64,000 bases of DNA, taken from Selaginella moellendorffii (lineage: Eukaryota; Plantae; Lycopodiophyta). This document shows positions 49,471-62,365 of this stretch, in pieces; positions within the stretch are counted from its first letter, which is position 1; every line of letters starts with the position of its first letter. The translations under genes and the position numbers were made by a program. The DNA is taken from the NCBI RefSeq assembly GCF_000143415.4, contig NW_003314315.1:1053514-1117513 (forward strand), read 5' to 3'. Under the pieces are notes generated by a model. The model made no database searches and was not told the DNA's origin. It saw only the letters and a list, made by a program, of their open reading frames with translations.

Positions 49471-52270
49471 ACAGTGTCAAGTCAAGCAATGGTCAATGGT
49501 CAATTGCTAGTCAAACAGTCGATAACATTTAAAATTTGGAAAAATAAAAAAGAGATAACCGTTGGGAATTAGGTTTAGGGCTCTTGCTGCGATGGATCAT
49601 CCTTATCCTCCTGACAAAGAGATTTCGAAGGCTCTCAATCCATAGTACATGATTTTTCGTGTCTCCTTCTTGTAGGCTTTGCAAAGGGGATATTTTACGA
49701 GCCGAGTAGCTTGTACGATTACGATTTTCATCACGAGAGGGCAGCTTTTCTAAAAAAGAAAACTTTCTTGTGGAAGTTGTCAGGCTCTGGGCAATCTCTA
49801 CATCCTTGTACCATCAAGAAGAAGATAAAAATAAGGAACACGGTACTGTGAATCTGATCGAGTTCTTTGTTTCCTTGCTTGGTCCTTTCAACTCAGTCGC
49901 CGACAATAGTCTGAGGTTCTTATCTCCACCGCGACTCAAGCATGGAGCAAAACTTTGCTCGAGAATGAGTTAACTTACGAATTTTTCTCGGCAATGCAGG
50001 CTAGTCAGCGCGCTGGAAGACAATGAGATTGGAGCTACAGCGACGCTGGAAGTTCTAGATTGTTTCTCACACTCTGAAGTTTGACCGTCACGGTTTCGTC
50101 GAAGCAGCCGAGCCTCGAACGAAGAAACTCCGCGCAAGAAGAAAAAAGAGGATTGTATCTTCTCAGTGCATTCGTTTTGGATGGATGGCAGATCTGATTC
50201 CTCGTTTTCTCCTTTTCTCTCACTGTTTGTGCAGTGCATCAGTTTCACTTTGAGTTTGGAGCAACTTCTTTATAACAGTGAGTGCTCCCCCGGCGTTCGT
50301 CAACACGGCTCGCGATTGTTTAATCCAAACAAAAGTGATTTTCTAATCGAGGGGAGGGAGGTTGCCACTTCGCTTGCGCCACCACCACGTCGAAGTAGTG
50401 GAAGCGGCAAAATCTCCCAAAGGCATATCTTTTCGCTGGTAGCGGACAAACATCTATCGCATCGCATAGACAAAGTCAAATAAATCCTCGCAGGATCACA
50501 AATTCTGGTGGACAAGCTTTTAAAACACGTTTGTGGATAACAGGAAGAGTGAGCAGCGCAAAAAGTTGGCCAGATTGATTGTTGGATGGAACGGACGGAG
50601 AATTGGAAGACAAGAAAAGCAAGAAAAAAGAAACAAAAAAAGAAAAAGAAAAGCAGAGAGATGGATTCAAGGCAGCACAACGTTAAAAAAGAAAAATCGC
50701 TGAGATTCCGGCATCTGGGCATCTGGCAAGTTGCATAGCACCCGCCAAAAGCCAAGATGCTCTCCCATTCAACAACCGCAACTAGACAAAGCTCTCTTTT
50801 TATTTCCTCGTTTCTTCTTTTTTTTCTTCTTCTTGGTCTATCTCAAGCCAAGCCAAGCCAAGCCAAGCGCTCGATCGAGGCTCCTCCACAACACCACGAC
50901 CGATTCGTTCCAATGGATCGATCCATCCATTCGTCCACGCCAAAAACGAAGCGCGGGCTCGCCAGCTTTCAATGCCCCAAAGATGCTGCTGTTGACAAGT
51001 CGCGGCCACAAAAGAATCGGTGTGTAATCAAAAAAACCATCGCAGCGGCACATTGGTCGCTTTCTCCCAGGAAACTTCACGGTACGGACGGGGGGAGACA
51101 ACGGGTCCGTACGCGAGCCAATGAATGCTACCTTATCCGCACCTCCACGTGTCGCCCTCTAGCCATGTGTGGAATCGAGAACAGGTGGCCACATGCATGC
51201 AAAGATGGATCAAACTCTAGGGCTGGGGCTTGCTTTTGCCCTAAGCAAGGGTGAAAATAATGGCAGGCAGGTAAAGGTTAAAAACCTTCTTCACCTTTTT
51301 AACCTCTGGGCTGGCCAATGGGGTGGCAGGATTGGTGCACACCTCTCTAGAGTCCCTATCCAAGGGGACCCAACACAAAGATACCAAACACTTGACATAC
51401 ACTCACCTATCATCTACAACAGTGGCGTTTACAGAAAAATCAAAAGAATTTCAAGCGTTATGAGCTATTTTGATAGGAAGTTTTCATCCAATGTGGATAA
51501 GCTTTGGCTCGGCTGCTTAATTGGCTTAATCGGGGATTGGGTAATATAATTATAGTGGCTCACTACTAGGTTGCTGCCACGGAAGACTGGTTCCTTCCCT
51601 CGCTTCATAGCGTGTTTGATCTCTTTTCTCTCCTTTTCTTCTTTTCTTCTTCTTCTTCCTCTCATCCTTATCTTCGCGAGAGGAAGGAAGCAAGGAAAGC
51701 CCTCTCCATCTCCACCTCGCGCTCGCCATCTCTCGCCATCTCTCGCGCTTTTCTCTTCTCGGGTCGCCAAAGAGGGCTTTTGGGGATCGACCCACGAGAC
51801 CCATCAATCGCGAATCGCGTCGCGGCGCTGGTGGGTCGGAGGACGATTTGGGGCGTTTTTTGTTCTGGTTTGGTTTGGTTGTTGTTCGCCTTCTTCGCGT
51901 TGCGGCGATCGATCAAAGGCCGTCTACGGTGGCTTCGGTGGCGCGCGATCACAGGGAAGAATTGGTGCTGCTGCGGTGTGAATGGGAGGATTGTCGCGCG
52001 GCTGCTGCTGCTGCCAAATGCGCGCTCGCCTGCTGACGGATCCCGAAGGGAACAGGCCTCTGGATTGCGTAAGGCCGCGCCTCGCCCGCCAGCTTGCTCG
52101 CAGGAAGATCCAGAATCGCCAGAGCCTCTTCAAGGGCTGATAACAAGTTCTTCTTTTGTTCTTCCTTACCGGGTAAGCTGGTTCTCTTTATTTCTCTTTT
52201 CGACCAAAGATGGAGGTTCTCATCGATCTTCCTTGCAGATCGAGGCGAATCCATCCCTTTGAAAGGAAGA

Positions 52271-53166
52271 ATGTCGATTGCCTACCAGAGCTGGGAGATA
52301 GGATCGGGCCCAACCGTGGGATACAAAGTCCAGGCTCACCAAGCAGCTGGCGATGGGCTAAACCTTCGCAAGCTTCTCTGCCGGCCCGAGACGGCCGCCA
52401 GGTTCATGCAACAGGGTCTTCCTCCTCCAGCTCCAAAGCAGAGATTTTCCTCCTCCGCCACCATCGCCGCCACCACCACCACCACTCCGAGTGGCGGAGC
52501 TTCTAAACCGGACGAGGACTTGCCCCTGACCAAGGTGGAAGTTGTGGAACTTGTTGTGGCGCCGCCAGGAGGACTGGAAACGACTAACATGCCATCGTCG
52601 TCCTCGTCGCTCGTCACATCCTCCATCTCCAACGAGAGCTCGGACGAGTCGGACGACAAGGAGGTCCAGAGCGCGTTCAAAGGTCCCCTGGATCAAATGG
52701 ATTCGTTGATGACCACTCTCCCAGTCAGGTTTGCTCCAAGTTCTTGTTTCCTCCATAGCTAGCTTGCTCTTGTTTTCCTCCATAGCTTGTTTGCTCACGC
52801 TTTGTTCCTTCCAGGAGGGGGCTGTCAAAGTTCTACGTTGGAAAATCTCGTTCCTTCACATCGCTGGCGGACGTGAAATCGATGTGCATGAAGGACTTGG
52901 GCAAGCCTGAGAATCCATACTCCAAGAGGAGGAAGCTTCCGTCCCACCGCGAAGGGATGGAGTCCAAGCCCAGGTTTCCACCACCCCGGATCTCCACTGG
53001 GATCTCCAAGAAGCCAATCTCCTCCAACGGGACGACGCTCACGCTGGCGCTCGCCATGTCCACCAAGGGTGACAGGCTCGACGGCAGCGACGAATGCTTC
53101 GCCACGGCAAAGCAGTGGCAAAAGAGCTGCCGATCATTCTCGCTCACCGACTTGCAAAAGGCTTGA
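52271..53166 (+). CDS. OXS3: OXS3/KID-family protein; exons 52271-52728 and 52815-53166
   Basis: Ser/acidic tract SSSISNESSDESDDKEVQSAFKGPLD, spliced LPVR|RGLSKFYVGKSRSFTSL, KPENPYSKRRK, C-terminal RSFSLTDLQ; GT-AG intron 52729-52814. Confidence 0.88.
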
Positions 53167-53684
53167 ACAAGTTCCAACTTTGCTTGAACGATCCGGAAGA
53201 ACTTCCAGCGAGCTCCATGGTGGTGACACAAAGTTTAGCCGCAGGACACACTTTCATATGGAAGGTTGTATAATATCTGAGAGAGGAGGAGAGTAACTTG
53301 TAGAGAAAAAGAAAAGAAAGATACCAAGGGATACAACTCAGGGAGATGAGATGGCGTGAGATGGTGTTTTGTGTGTGAGAGAACGGGAAGGTTCCAGTGG
53401 GTTTTTGTATTTGATCCAGACTTTGACACTTGTATACATCGCTAGCGATGACTTGCTCCGGAATTCCATCGTTGGTACAAATGCTTTTCGAGTTGACTAT
53501 CTTGCTGTGAATGTCAATGACGCCATCAGTCCTTGTTGTGTTGTGATTCCAGACCACGAGAACTTCTCCGGACGAGAACTTCTCCAAAGGTTCTTCTTTG
53601 AAGGAGGACGAAACTCTGAAGAAAAAGAGAAGGAAACTTTTAGAGCCATCCTGGAGAGACATACCTGGCTTTTGTGGCGGTTCT

Positions 53685-56600
53685 CTAGCCAGGAACTGGG
53701 GTGTTGTGATGCTCCCCGGCATAGATCTGGGAGAGGAGGACAAACGGAGCCGCACAGCTTTCGGTGGATTGCATCTGAGCCGCTGTTCTTGCTCCGCGGT
53801 GGAGGTCCTGTTGGTTCTTGCAAGCCGCCAGCATCGTGTTCAAAGTCACAACGTCTGGCCGGTCGATCATGCTGATGAGCTCCTCCGCCTCGTCCAGCCG
53901 TCCTGCCCGACACAGGAGATCCACCATGCACTGGTAATGCTCGTCCAAGTGTGGCAGCTCAAAGTCGGAGATGATCCAAGTGAAGTAGTGGCACGCTTCG
54001 TCGGTCAGCCCCGCGTGGCTGCACGAGTTGAGGATGGCGATGAGCGTAACTCCATCCGGCACAACTCCCTCGTTGACCATCAGCCTGTAGGTGTCAATGA
54101 TATCGTCGTGCTGTCCGTGCCGAGCACACAGTGTCATGATCGCGGACCACGAGATCCTGCTGCTCCTATCCATGCTCTCGAAGATCTGTCTCGCGTCTCT
54201 CATGCTCCCACACCTCGCGTACATGTTGATGAGACCGTTCCCAAGGAAGTCGGACATCTTTCCTCCCTGTGCCGCCAGGATGCGAGCATGGACTTCTCTG
54301 CCATCTTCCAAGTTGGAGCACGCCTGAAGAACGGACGAGAACGTCACCTCGTCTGGTTCCGAATCCATCCGCTTGAACAGACTGAGAGCTTCTCGCTCGT
54401 TCCCAGCCGAGACACAGCCTCCAATCAACGCGGTCCAAGTTACGGTACACTTCTCCCCCACGCTCTCAAACACCTGCCTTGCCTCGCCCAAGGCGTTGCA
54501 CCTCGCGTACATGGTGATCAACGCGTTCTTCACGAAGTCTGGTAGCATCCCGCAGGCTAGAGCACGGGAATGGACCTCTCTTCCGGTTCGCAGATCTTCC
54601 ACTCGAGCACAGGAACTCAGGACGCTCATAAACGTGACGACGCTCGGTGACAGCCCCTCCAAGACCATCTCCCGATACACTCTGATGGCCTCTTCGCCAC
54701 TGTCATGCCTGTTAAAAGCTGCTATCACCGCGTTCCACATGACCACCTTGTTTTGCTGCCTCGTCTTGGCAAACACCTCCCTGATCTCTTGCTCACTCCC
54801 ACACTTGCAGTACATGTTGACAAGCGCGACGGCAATATCCGGCAGTCGTTCCAGTTGACACTCGATGATCCTCCTGTGAACAGCCTTGCCTTGTCGAAAC
54901 GTTTGAGGGGAGCACGCCGAAACAACGGCCGCGTATGTCGTATAGCTCGGCTCCTTCCCTTCCAAAAGCATCTTGTGATAGAGACCAAAGGCTTCGGTGC
55001 TGTAATCCCCACACCGCTGCTGCTGCTGCGAGTAGCACTCTAGCATAAGTGTCCATGTCACGACGTCCTTTTCCTCTGTCCTATCGAAAACTTCCAACGC
55101 TTCCTTCACGGAGCCGCATTTGATGTGCAGACTGAGCAGAGCGTTTCCTATCGGCTGAAATCGAAAATCCTGCTTCATCGCCAAAAAATTTCCCTGCTCC
55201 AAGTCCCCCTCAATGGAGCAAGCCATGATGGCTTCGGCAACTGACACGCTATCCGGCTCCACACCTTCAGGCTTCATCCTATGGAACAATTCCAGTGCCG
55301 CTTTAGAATCACCTTGTTGCGCGTAGCCTTTTATCATGACTGTCCAAGTCAGGACATCCCGGCTCTCCATTCTATCAAATATCTTCCGTGCCTCTTCCAT
55401 GTCACCACACTTACTGTACGCCGAGACAAGATCTGCCCGTATGGAATCCATCTTATCTATCCCACTCCAATCAATAAGTTCCCGGATCGTTTTGCTCAAC
55501 CGTGAATCTCGCTTTAGCGAACAGGCCTGGAGTGCGCTGCAAAAAGTTGGCAAGCTCAGCTGCATTCCCTCGAGAATCATCTGCCTGAAAAGCGTCAGCG
55601 CCTTACCGGGGTCGCCGAACTGTGCATGGCTCGTTACCATGGCTGACCAGCTCACGTAGTCCTTTTGCTGCATCTTCGCAAACAAGAACTCCGCGTCCTC
55701 CAGACTCCCACACCTGGAATACATGAACATGAGCGCAGTCTCCACAACAGTGATCGATTCGAAACCAAAAGCCTTGACTTCCTCGTGGAGATGCTTACCT
55801 TGCTCTAACGTCGAGCACGCGGACAGCAGCGCGACGAAGGTAGCGGAAGTTGGCGAGACGCAATCTCGCCGCATTCTATCGTAGAAAGCGAAAGCCTCGC
55901 TGCCGAATCCAAGCTGCGCATAGCCAGCGATCATCGACGTCCATGTAAAGACATCTCTGGTCGCAAGCCCGCTGAAAACCTCGAGCGCCTCGTCCATGCA
56001 GCCACACTTGGAGTACATGTTGATGAGAGCGTTCTCCATGACAATGTCACGCTGCAAACCAAGAGAAGTTATACGCTGGTGGATGGAAGAACCAAGTTGT
56101 AAGTTACCTAGCGACGCACAGGCCGTGAGCAAGCTCGCAAAGACGAATCCATTCGGCTCCAAGCGCTCCCTCTTCATCCGATGGTAGAGCTCCAGTGCCT
56201 GCTCGGGATAGTCACACTGCACGAAAGCCGAGATCATGGCGTTCCAGGACACCAAGTTCTTCCTTGGCATGGCGTCGAAGATCTTGATGCCTTCCAGTAC
56301 GCTACCACACCTGGCGTACATGGTCACCAGCGAGTTCTGGACGACCACGTCGCTGGCGATGGATCGCGACTCGAGAACTCTCTTGTGGATTTCCCTGCCT
56401 TGCTCCAGATCCCCCAGCCCGGCACAAGCCGCAAGAGCGCTCGCAAAGATGAATCCATTCGGCGGGATGTCCATCTTGTGGAAGAGCTCCAGAGCTTCCC
56501 TGTTCTTGCCGCTCCTGGCATAGCCAGAGATCATGAGATTCCACACGAAGTCGTTCTTGTCCGCGATCTCGTCGAATGCCGCCTTGGCATCGGCCAGGCA

Positions 56601-56789
56601 GCCGCATTTGGCGTACATCTGGACGACGCAGCGCCGCAGATAGCTGCTATCGCCATAGCCGGACCTGCGAAGATCGTCGTGGAGCCGCCGCCCCTCGGAA
56701 ACGTTGCGCCTGGAGCAGCATTCCTGCAAGAGCCTGGCGTAGCGCGAGACCTCGGATTCCTTCAACGCAGCTCCAGAGGAAGCTCGCAT
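53685..56789 (-). CDS. PLS-class pentatricopeptide repeat protein ending in an E-like domain (no DYW), 1034 aa
   Basis: Repeated L..MY.KCG...A..F / V.W.AMI..Y / G..P...F...L.AC units; C-terminal ACSHAGL-like NSCSHAGL and HYQCMVDLLCRAGRLDEAEELI. Confidence 0.95.
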   Translation of the reverse strand: MRASSGAALKESEVSRYARLLQECCSRRNVSEGRRLHDDLRRSGYGDSSYLRRCVVQMYAKCGCLADAKAAFDEIADKNDFVWNLMISGYARSGKNREALELFHKMDIPPNGFIFASALAACAGLGDLEQGREIHKRVLESRSIASDVVVQNSLVTMYARCGSVLEGIKIFDAMPRKNLVSWNAMISAFVQCDYPEQALELYHRMKRERLEPNGFVFASLLTACASLGNLQLGSSIHQRITSLGLQRDIVMENALINMYSKCGCMDEALEVFSGLATRDVFTWTSMIAGYAQLGFGSEAFAFYDRMRRDCVSPTSATFVALLSACSTLEQGKHLHEEVKAFGFESITVVETALMFMYSRCGSLEDAEFLFAKMQQKDYVSWSAMVTSHAQFGDPGKALTLFRQMILEGMQLSLPTFCSALQACSLKRDSRLSKTIRELIDWSGIDKMDSIRADLVSAYSKCGDMEEARKIFDRMESRDVLTWTVMIKGYAQQGDSKAALELFHRMKPEGVEPDSVSVAEAIMACSIEGDLEQGNFLAMKQDFRFQPIGNALLSLHIKCGSVKEALEVFDRTEEKDVVTWTLMLECYSQQQQRCGDYSTEAFGLYHKMLLEGKEPSYTTYAAVVSACSPQTFRQGKAVHRRIIECQLERLPDIAVALVNMYCKCGSEQEIREVFAKTRQQNKVVMWNAVIAAFNRHDSGEEAIRVYREMVLEGLSPSVVTFMSVLSSCARVEDLRTGREVHSRALACGMLPDFVKNALITMYARCNALGEARQVFESVGEKCTVTWTALIGGCVSAGNEREALSLFKRMDSEPDEVTFSSVLQACSNLEDGREVHARILAAQGGKMSDFLGNGLINMYARCGSMRDARQIFESMDRSSRISWSAIMTLCARHGQHDDIIDTYRLMVNEGVVPDGVTLIAILNSCSHAGLTDEACHYFTWIISDFELPHLDEHYQCMVDLLCRAGRLDEAEELISMIDRPDVVTLNTMLAACKNQQDLHRGARTAAQMQSTESCAAPFVLLSQIYAGEHHNTPVPG

Positions 56790-56878
56790 CGATCAATCCA
56801 CACAAACCCTAAACCTTCTCTCTTTCCAAGAATCTAGGGTTCTTACAAACTCTCGTCTCTCTCTTCTCTCACACTCGT

Positions 56879-59135
56879 TCAGTGGGCGTGGTTCGCATCG
56901 TTCTTCACCGATCCAGGGCTGCTGGCGCTGCTGCTGGAATCCGAGAAGCACGTCAGCTTCTGGAGTACGCCAGTGGGCGACGCCAGGATCATCTTCTTGC
57001 GCTGCTGCTGCTCGAATCCCACCGCATTGCCGCCGGCGGGAGGCTTGCACGACGAGGATTTGAGAAGAACATCCGACAGCAAATCGCCGCTGGCGCCGGA
57101 GGAGGAGGAGATCCTGGCGAGGCTGATGTTGGTGTAGGGATCCTCCTCCTCCTCGAGCTCGTGCTCGTGATCGTCCTCGTTGTCTCGATGATCGTATCGT
57201 GCCTTGTAGCGATCGTGATCGCCCCCTTGTTCTTGCTCTTCCAGCGCCAGGGAGAGGATCCCAGTGGATGGAACGCTCTTGAAGCAATGCATGGCGAGCT
57301 TGTCATGGCTGGTGGCGGGCATGGAGTTGGAATCTCGGGGCCAGTCGTCGTCGAAGAAGTGGCGCAGCGCCTCGGGCTTGCGCTCGATGCCTCGGATCAA
57401 AGGGCTTTTGCTCAGCTCCTCGTGTTCTTGCGACGATGGTCCAAAGATTTGCATGCTCCCGAAGTTGTGGTGCTCGGATCCAGCGATGATCTTGGGTGGC
57501 GACGACGATCCTCCTCCTCCTCCTCCTCCTCCGCCACCGCCGCCGCCTAGAGGCCTGGTGCAGCTGCCAGAAACCTCCGCAAAGAGCAGCTGCTCGGGAC
57601 GCAAAGGATCAAACGTTGCTTTACTCATTCCATTCACAAACCTGAGAGACAAAAAAAAAAACCATGGAATTCACAAGAGCACCACCCCCAAAAAAAAAAA
57701 AAAAAAAAAGTTTCACAGATCAGTGATCTTCCCAGTCGCTCATCCATCCAAATTTCAATCTTGATCCAGCCAAGAACAAAGAAGTAGCAAGCAAGCCAAA
57801 CAGACACGCAAGGCAGCAAAAAAAAGATGGAAGAGTTTTTTTTCACCTTTGATGATCTTTGCTAGCGGCAAGATCTCCAGCTGATTGGAGAGGATAGTGG
57901 TATGATCCCATGCCAGTCTCCATGATCCCACCACCAACCATCCCACCACCACCACCACCACCTTTGCTGCCGCTGCTACTCTGGTGTGACAATGCCGACG
58001 ATCTGGCACCGCCATTGTTGGTGGCGGAAGTGGCGGTGGCGGCGGTGGCGGCGGAGTTGGATCCCGCTCCTGCCGCCGCGGCCGCCGCGGCCGCCGCTGC
58101 TTCCGCCGCTTTCCTAGATCTGTTCCTCCCCCTGTGCATATGCCTCTCGCAGTACTTCTGGTCCGCCACCACCGGCCTGGAGCACCGCCACTTCTTCCCA
58201 TCTGTTCTTCGGCACCGCCCGGGCTCCGCGTCCATGGGGCTGCCCGATCCAACTCCAATCTGGAACCCGCTCCATGCTGCTGCTCGCAAGTTTCACCAAG
58301 AACACAAACGTGAGATGGCGATCGAGAGGAAACAAAGTGAGATCCTCCAAGTTTAAAGGCAGGAACAGTACGAGCAGTGATCCATCTTTGGACCCACAGA
58401 CAAAGAGATAGCATGTTTGCAATCTGGAACTCACGAAACACGATAAAGCAAACAGTAGGAAACAAGCCCACCACGAGAAGATCGATCAAACACTCTAGAG
58501 GATATAGAAGCTTTGCCAGGAGAAGGAGAGCTTACAGTTCGTGGCGGAGGAGGGCGAGAGGATCAAGCTCCGGCGGATAGGAATGACGAGCTCGGGAGGA
58601 ACTGGAGCTCTGGCCATCATATACTTGAAGATGAGCGCTTGGTGTTCTAGCTCCGCCCACTGCGACGCTGTGAATGGGAAGTAGTGGAGCTGTTGCTGCT
58701 GCTGCTGCTGGAACGCTGTGCATCACGAATCCATCCAGCCATGATCATCAAGTTTCTTACGCGCTCGATCGAGAGAAATCAAAACAAGGTGGTACCTGGA
58801 GAGGAGATGGAGTGTGGCTGCTGCTTGATCGCGCCGGCAAATGGGTATGATCCTCCTTGCTGCTGGAACAAATGCCGCGAGTACTGCTGCTGGAAGAGCA
58901 TCCCTCCCGGATCCGCCAGGAGCGACGCGGAGCTGCTGTGGTGATCGTCGGGGGAGGGCGACGAATTGGATTCTTGCTGCTGCTGCCTGGCCGAGGAGAA
59001 GGAGTCCGTCCTGGACAGCTTCATCGATCGGCTTCCCTCGTGGCGATCTTCGCCCAGCTCCAGGATGGGTCTACATTGCTTGAGGATGCGAACGTCGCCG
59101 CCCGGCTCCACGGAGCCGCTCAAGCTGAAATCCAT
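56879..59135 (-). CDS. GRF: Growth-regulating factor; exons about 59135-58796, 58715-58536, ~58282-57847, 57641-56879
   Basis: QLQ domain [31 protein letters not shown]; WRC domain [41 protein letters not shown]; HFFDDDWPR and SPTGVLQK motifs; phase-consistent GT-AG junctions. Confidence 0.93.
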
Positions 59136-62003
59136 GGCATCAATCGATCGAGAACGATGGATCCAGGGGTGGGATAGCTACTGCGATTCCCTCCTCACTC
59201 TAAGGAAGGAGGAACTATATAGTTTTGCCGGAAGAACTTAGTAGAAGGAAACGTGAAGAAGAGAGAGATCACACTCTCGAATGGATCTCGTGTGTTCTTC
59301 CGGGAGTTTCTCTAAGTTAAATGCTTGGGTGATAAGAAAAAGGAGGAGGCAGCTTTAAAGGTGCTGTGGAAGAGCAGGCAAAAACACACACAAGACTGGC
59401 AGGGCACACAAAGCAAAAGTGATAGTTGGGCTCAAGCAATCAAGCCTGGAAGATCGATTTTGGGGTGTTTGGATTGGATCTCTACAGGCAGCTGGATGCG
59501 CTGCTGCTGCTGCTGCTCGGAGGATCCGCGGCGCTGCTGCTCTTGAGCCATGGTGGAGGAAGTATCGCTGCTGCGGCGGCAATGCTTGCTGTTCAAGAGA
59601 GCTGTGGGCAAATTGAGAGCTTGGATGCTACCGCGGCTGCCAGTGCTGCCACTCCAATGGATCATCATCAATTCCTCATCCTGTTCCAGAGCTTGCCCCA
59701 TCAATCACTCGACGCGATCGATGGATTGATCAATCGTCTTTGTGGGAAAGAAAGAAAGCGAGCTTTCCAATCCAATCCAATCCAAAATCGCTCACTCTAC
59801 TGTAGCTAAGTAGAGGGAAAATGGATTAGCATCCCACATCTCCTCTCTCTCTCTCTCTCTCGCTCTCTCTCCCTCGAGAGGTTTAGGTTGCAAACTTGAT
59901 GCCTGGATTCAAGGAGCAAAACTATATGCCCCGCGAATATTCCACGCGTCCAACGTAAACCCTAAAACCCGGCAGGGAATCGAGCGCCTGACGCGTCACC
60001 GGTCTTACATTAAAAAACAAAGAAATATCTCACCTGGCCTTCCTTTACACCCTTGGCAGGGCACGGTAAAAACAAAAAAGGAAAATTACCTTGTCATTGA
60101 CCGGGGGCGGGCGTGGTGAAACCTTGCCAGATAAGTTAGCTAGAGAGATAGCAGTACCAATACCAGCCCACCTAACCACAATAACCCACCACCCACAGCC
60201 TTAGCCAAATAGCAGATGCGGCCAAACGCTGGTATCAGGCGCATATTCACTGGATAATACGAGGCCCTCCACCATACGAAGTACAATACAGCAAGGGCAT
60301 GGGACTTCTGGCAGGGCAGTCAGAGCCTGCGAGGCTTTAAATGCGAGCCACCTACTCTCATGCCATCATTCCCTCAACCATTGATTAAACTCTTCCAATC
60401 TTCGCTTCCATTCCAACGGTTTAAACTTAACTAAGTTACCCAAGAACCCTAAAAAGTTCTTAAGCGGGTCATGCATTTCTTGAGCCCCCTATGCCTCCAC
60501 GAACGACAATTGTCACATGTGTGCATTAGGGGGGTTATGTCATTCATGACAAACGAGTTACGCAGCGAGGGGACGAGAGAGAGAGAGAGAGAGAGAGGCG
60601 AAGAGATCGGATCTTCCAAAGGAAAGCATTGCGGGGGAATTTTGTAATGCCCGGGGCATTTGTTTATGGTTTGGGCAGCAGTCAATCCGAGAGAAAACAA
60701 ATGGAGCGTTTTCATTGAACTCTCAGCCCCAGGAAAGACGAAGACGCGAAGACGACCTAAACTTTGCCGCCATTGGGCATATTTTACAAATCATATGGAG
60801 TGGAGGGTTGGCCCCTTGGCTTGCGGAAAAGAGAAAAATGCCCTCGTCGGGGATAATCATGCGCATTTCCTCGGGGTTTGGGCTAATGAGTGGACACACA
60901 TGGAAGTTGCTATCGGCTGCTTTTGTGGATGATCGATAAAAATTGCTAGCATTGGATTGCATGGTTCGAAAACAATGATATAATCTCAATCTGGGGTAAC
61001 GAAAAAATTAAATCGCAGAGATCCATTGGGCATTTGGTCACATGCAGGTTGACGTTGAATAAACCCAATCTTTTGAAATGGGCGAATATCTCCGAGATAC
61101 GCTTCCTTTGTCACCATCAGCGGAAATGGCAAGAAACAAAAGCGTGACACGAGTGGTCGGAGAGAATCGAACCCACGCCAGGTGCCACATCCACAGCTCA
61201 CACGCCACGTGTCTTTCCATTTTACGGTCGACCAAATGCCGGCAAGCGGCAGCCGCTGTCGGGTAGCGGACAGAATATGCCACTCGCGCGGGAGTGGAGG
61301 AATGTTGTTTGCCTCCTAAAACTTTGCCTTTGTGTCAATTCTCTCTCGCATCAAAGCTAACCTAATTTAGATCAGAGCTAAGCGTTGCAAGAGTGTGATT
61401 TAATCTGGCAAGTGGACACATGGTGGCGCATGTGCCCCCTTAACAAAAGGTGAAACGATGCCTCCTTTTTCTTCCTTTTGGGGGCGGCGCGGATCGATTC
61501 CTTCCCCGGGTCAGGTCGTGTTTGTACGGTTAGAATGGCCACCACGTCAAGCCGTACGTACGGGGCGCAACAGGAAATTGGAAAGAATAATCAACGCGCC
61601 AGCCCCCATCGTGCTAAAAGGTGGCCATGCTCTTTGATTTACATATATTTGAGATCGAGGTGTGCTTGTTTCATTGGTGGCTTTGGAAGCCACGATTTCA
61701 AAGGGTCATACGTGTATACAAAGCCGCGAGGGAAATCTATCTTGAGTGTGGACCACGCAAGAGATCTCCTGGATTGACCAGTGTTTTTTGGATTTTGGCG
61801 GGAACATTTAGGTTTAGGTCTAGGTGCTTGGCTATGGCGGTTCATTGGCGATCTCGTTTCTCAGGTGTGTGATCCTTCTCGGCGATCTATTCGAGAAGAA
61901 GCGCTTCTACGTGGTGCCTTGCTTGTGAATGGATGTTTGCATTTCCAGCATTTGTTTTGTAGAGCTGCTTGCTTCATCCGGTGGATGAGAAGTCCCCATC
62001 AGC

Positions 62004-62365
62004 TTGATCTATTGGAGGATAAGGAAATTTTGTGGAGCAAGTAGGAAAAGTTTCCGGATGGTTTGTTTTCCAGTCAGCGTCAACTGAATGCTGGATCATT
62101 CTGGATTTTGAGTTTAAACTTAAAACTTAGATCAGGGAGTTGTTCCAGGATCCGGCAGCGAAGATGTAGCAGTTGTATTGGATAATTTGATCTATTGGAG
62201 GGTAAGAAAGTTTTTGAGCAAGTAGGAAAAGTTTCTGGATGTTTGTTTTATCAACTCAATGCTGGATCATCCTGGATTTTAAGCTTTCCAACTGGAGAAG
62301 TTAAGACTTTGGACGATATGTCTGAGTTCCAGGACCATGATCCGGGAGCGAAGATAGTAGTATTG
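62004..62365. repeat. Degenerate ~180-bp direct tandem duplication
   Basis: TTGATCTATTGGAGG...GAGCAAGTAGGAAAAGTTTC...AATGCTGGATCAT occurs at ~62004 and ~62186. Confidence 0.75.

Noticed and set aside
51275-51306. Hairpin AGGTTAAAAA..TTTTTAACCT as a miRNA precursor or MITE
   Set aside because: Stem is only ~10 bp and has no supporting element boundaries.
53598-57764. Long plus-strand ORFs opposite PPR and GRF
   Set aside because: Antisense shadow ORFs of GC-rich coding sequence with no motifs.
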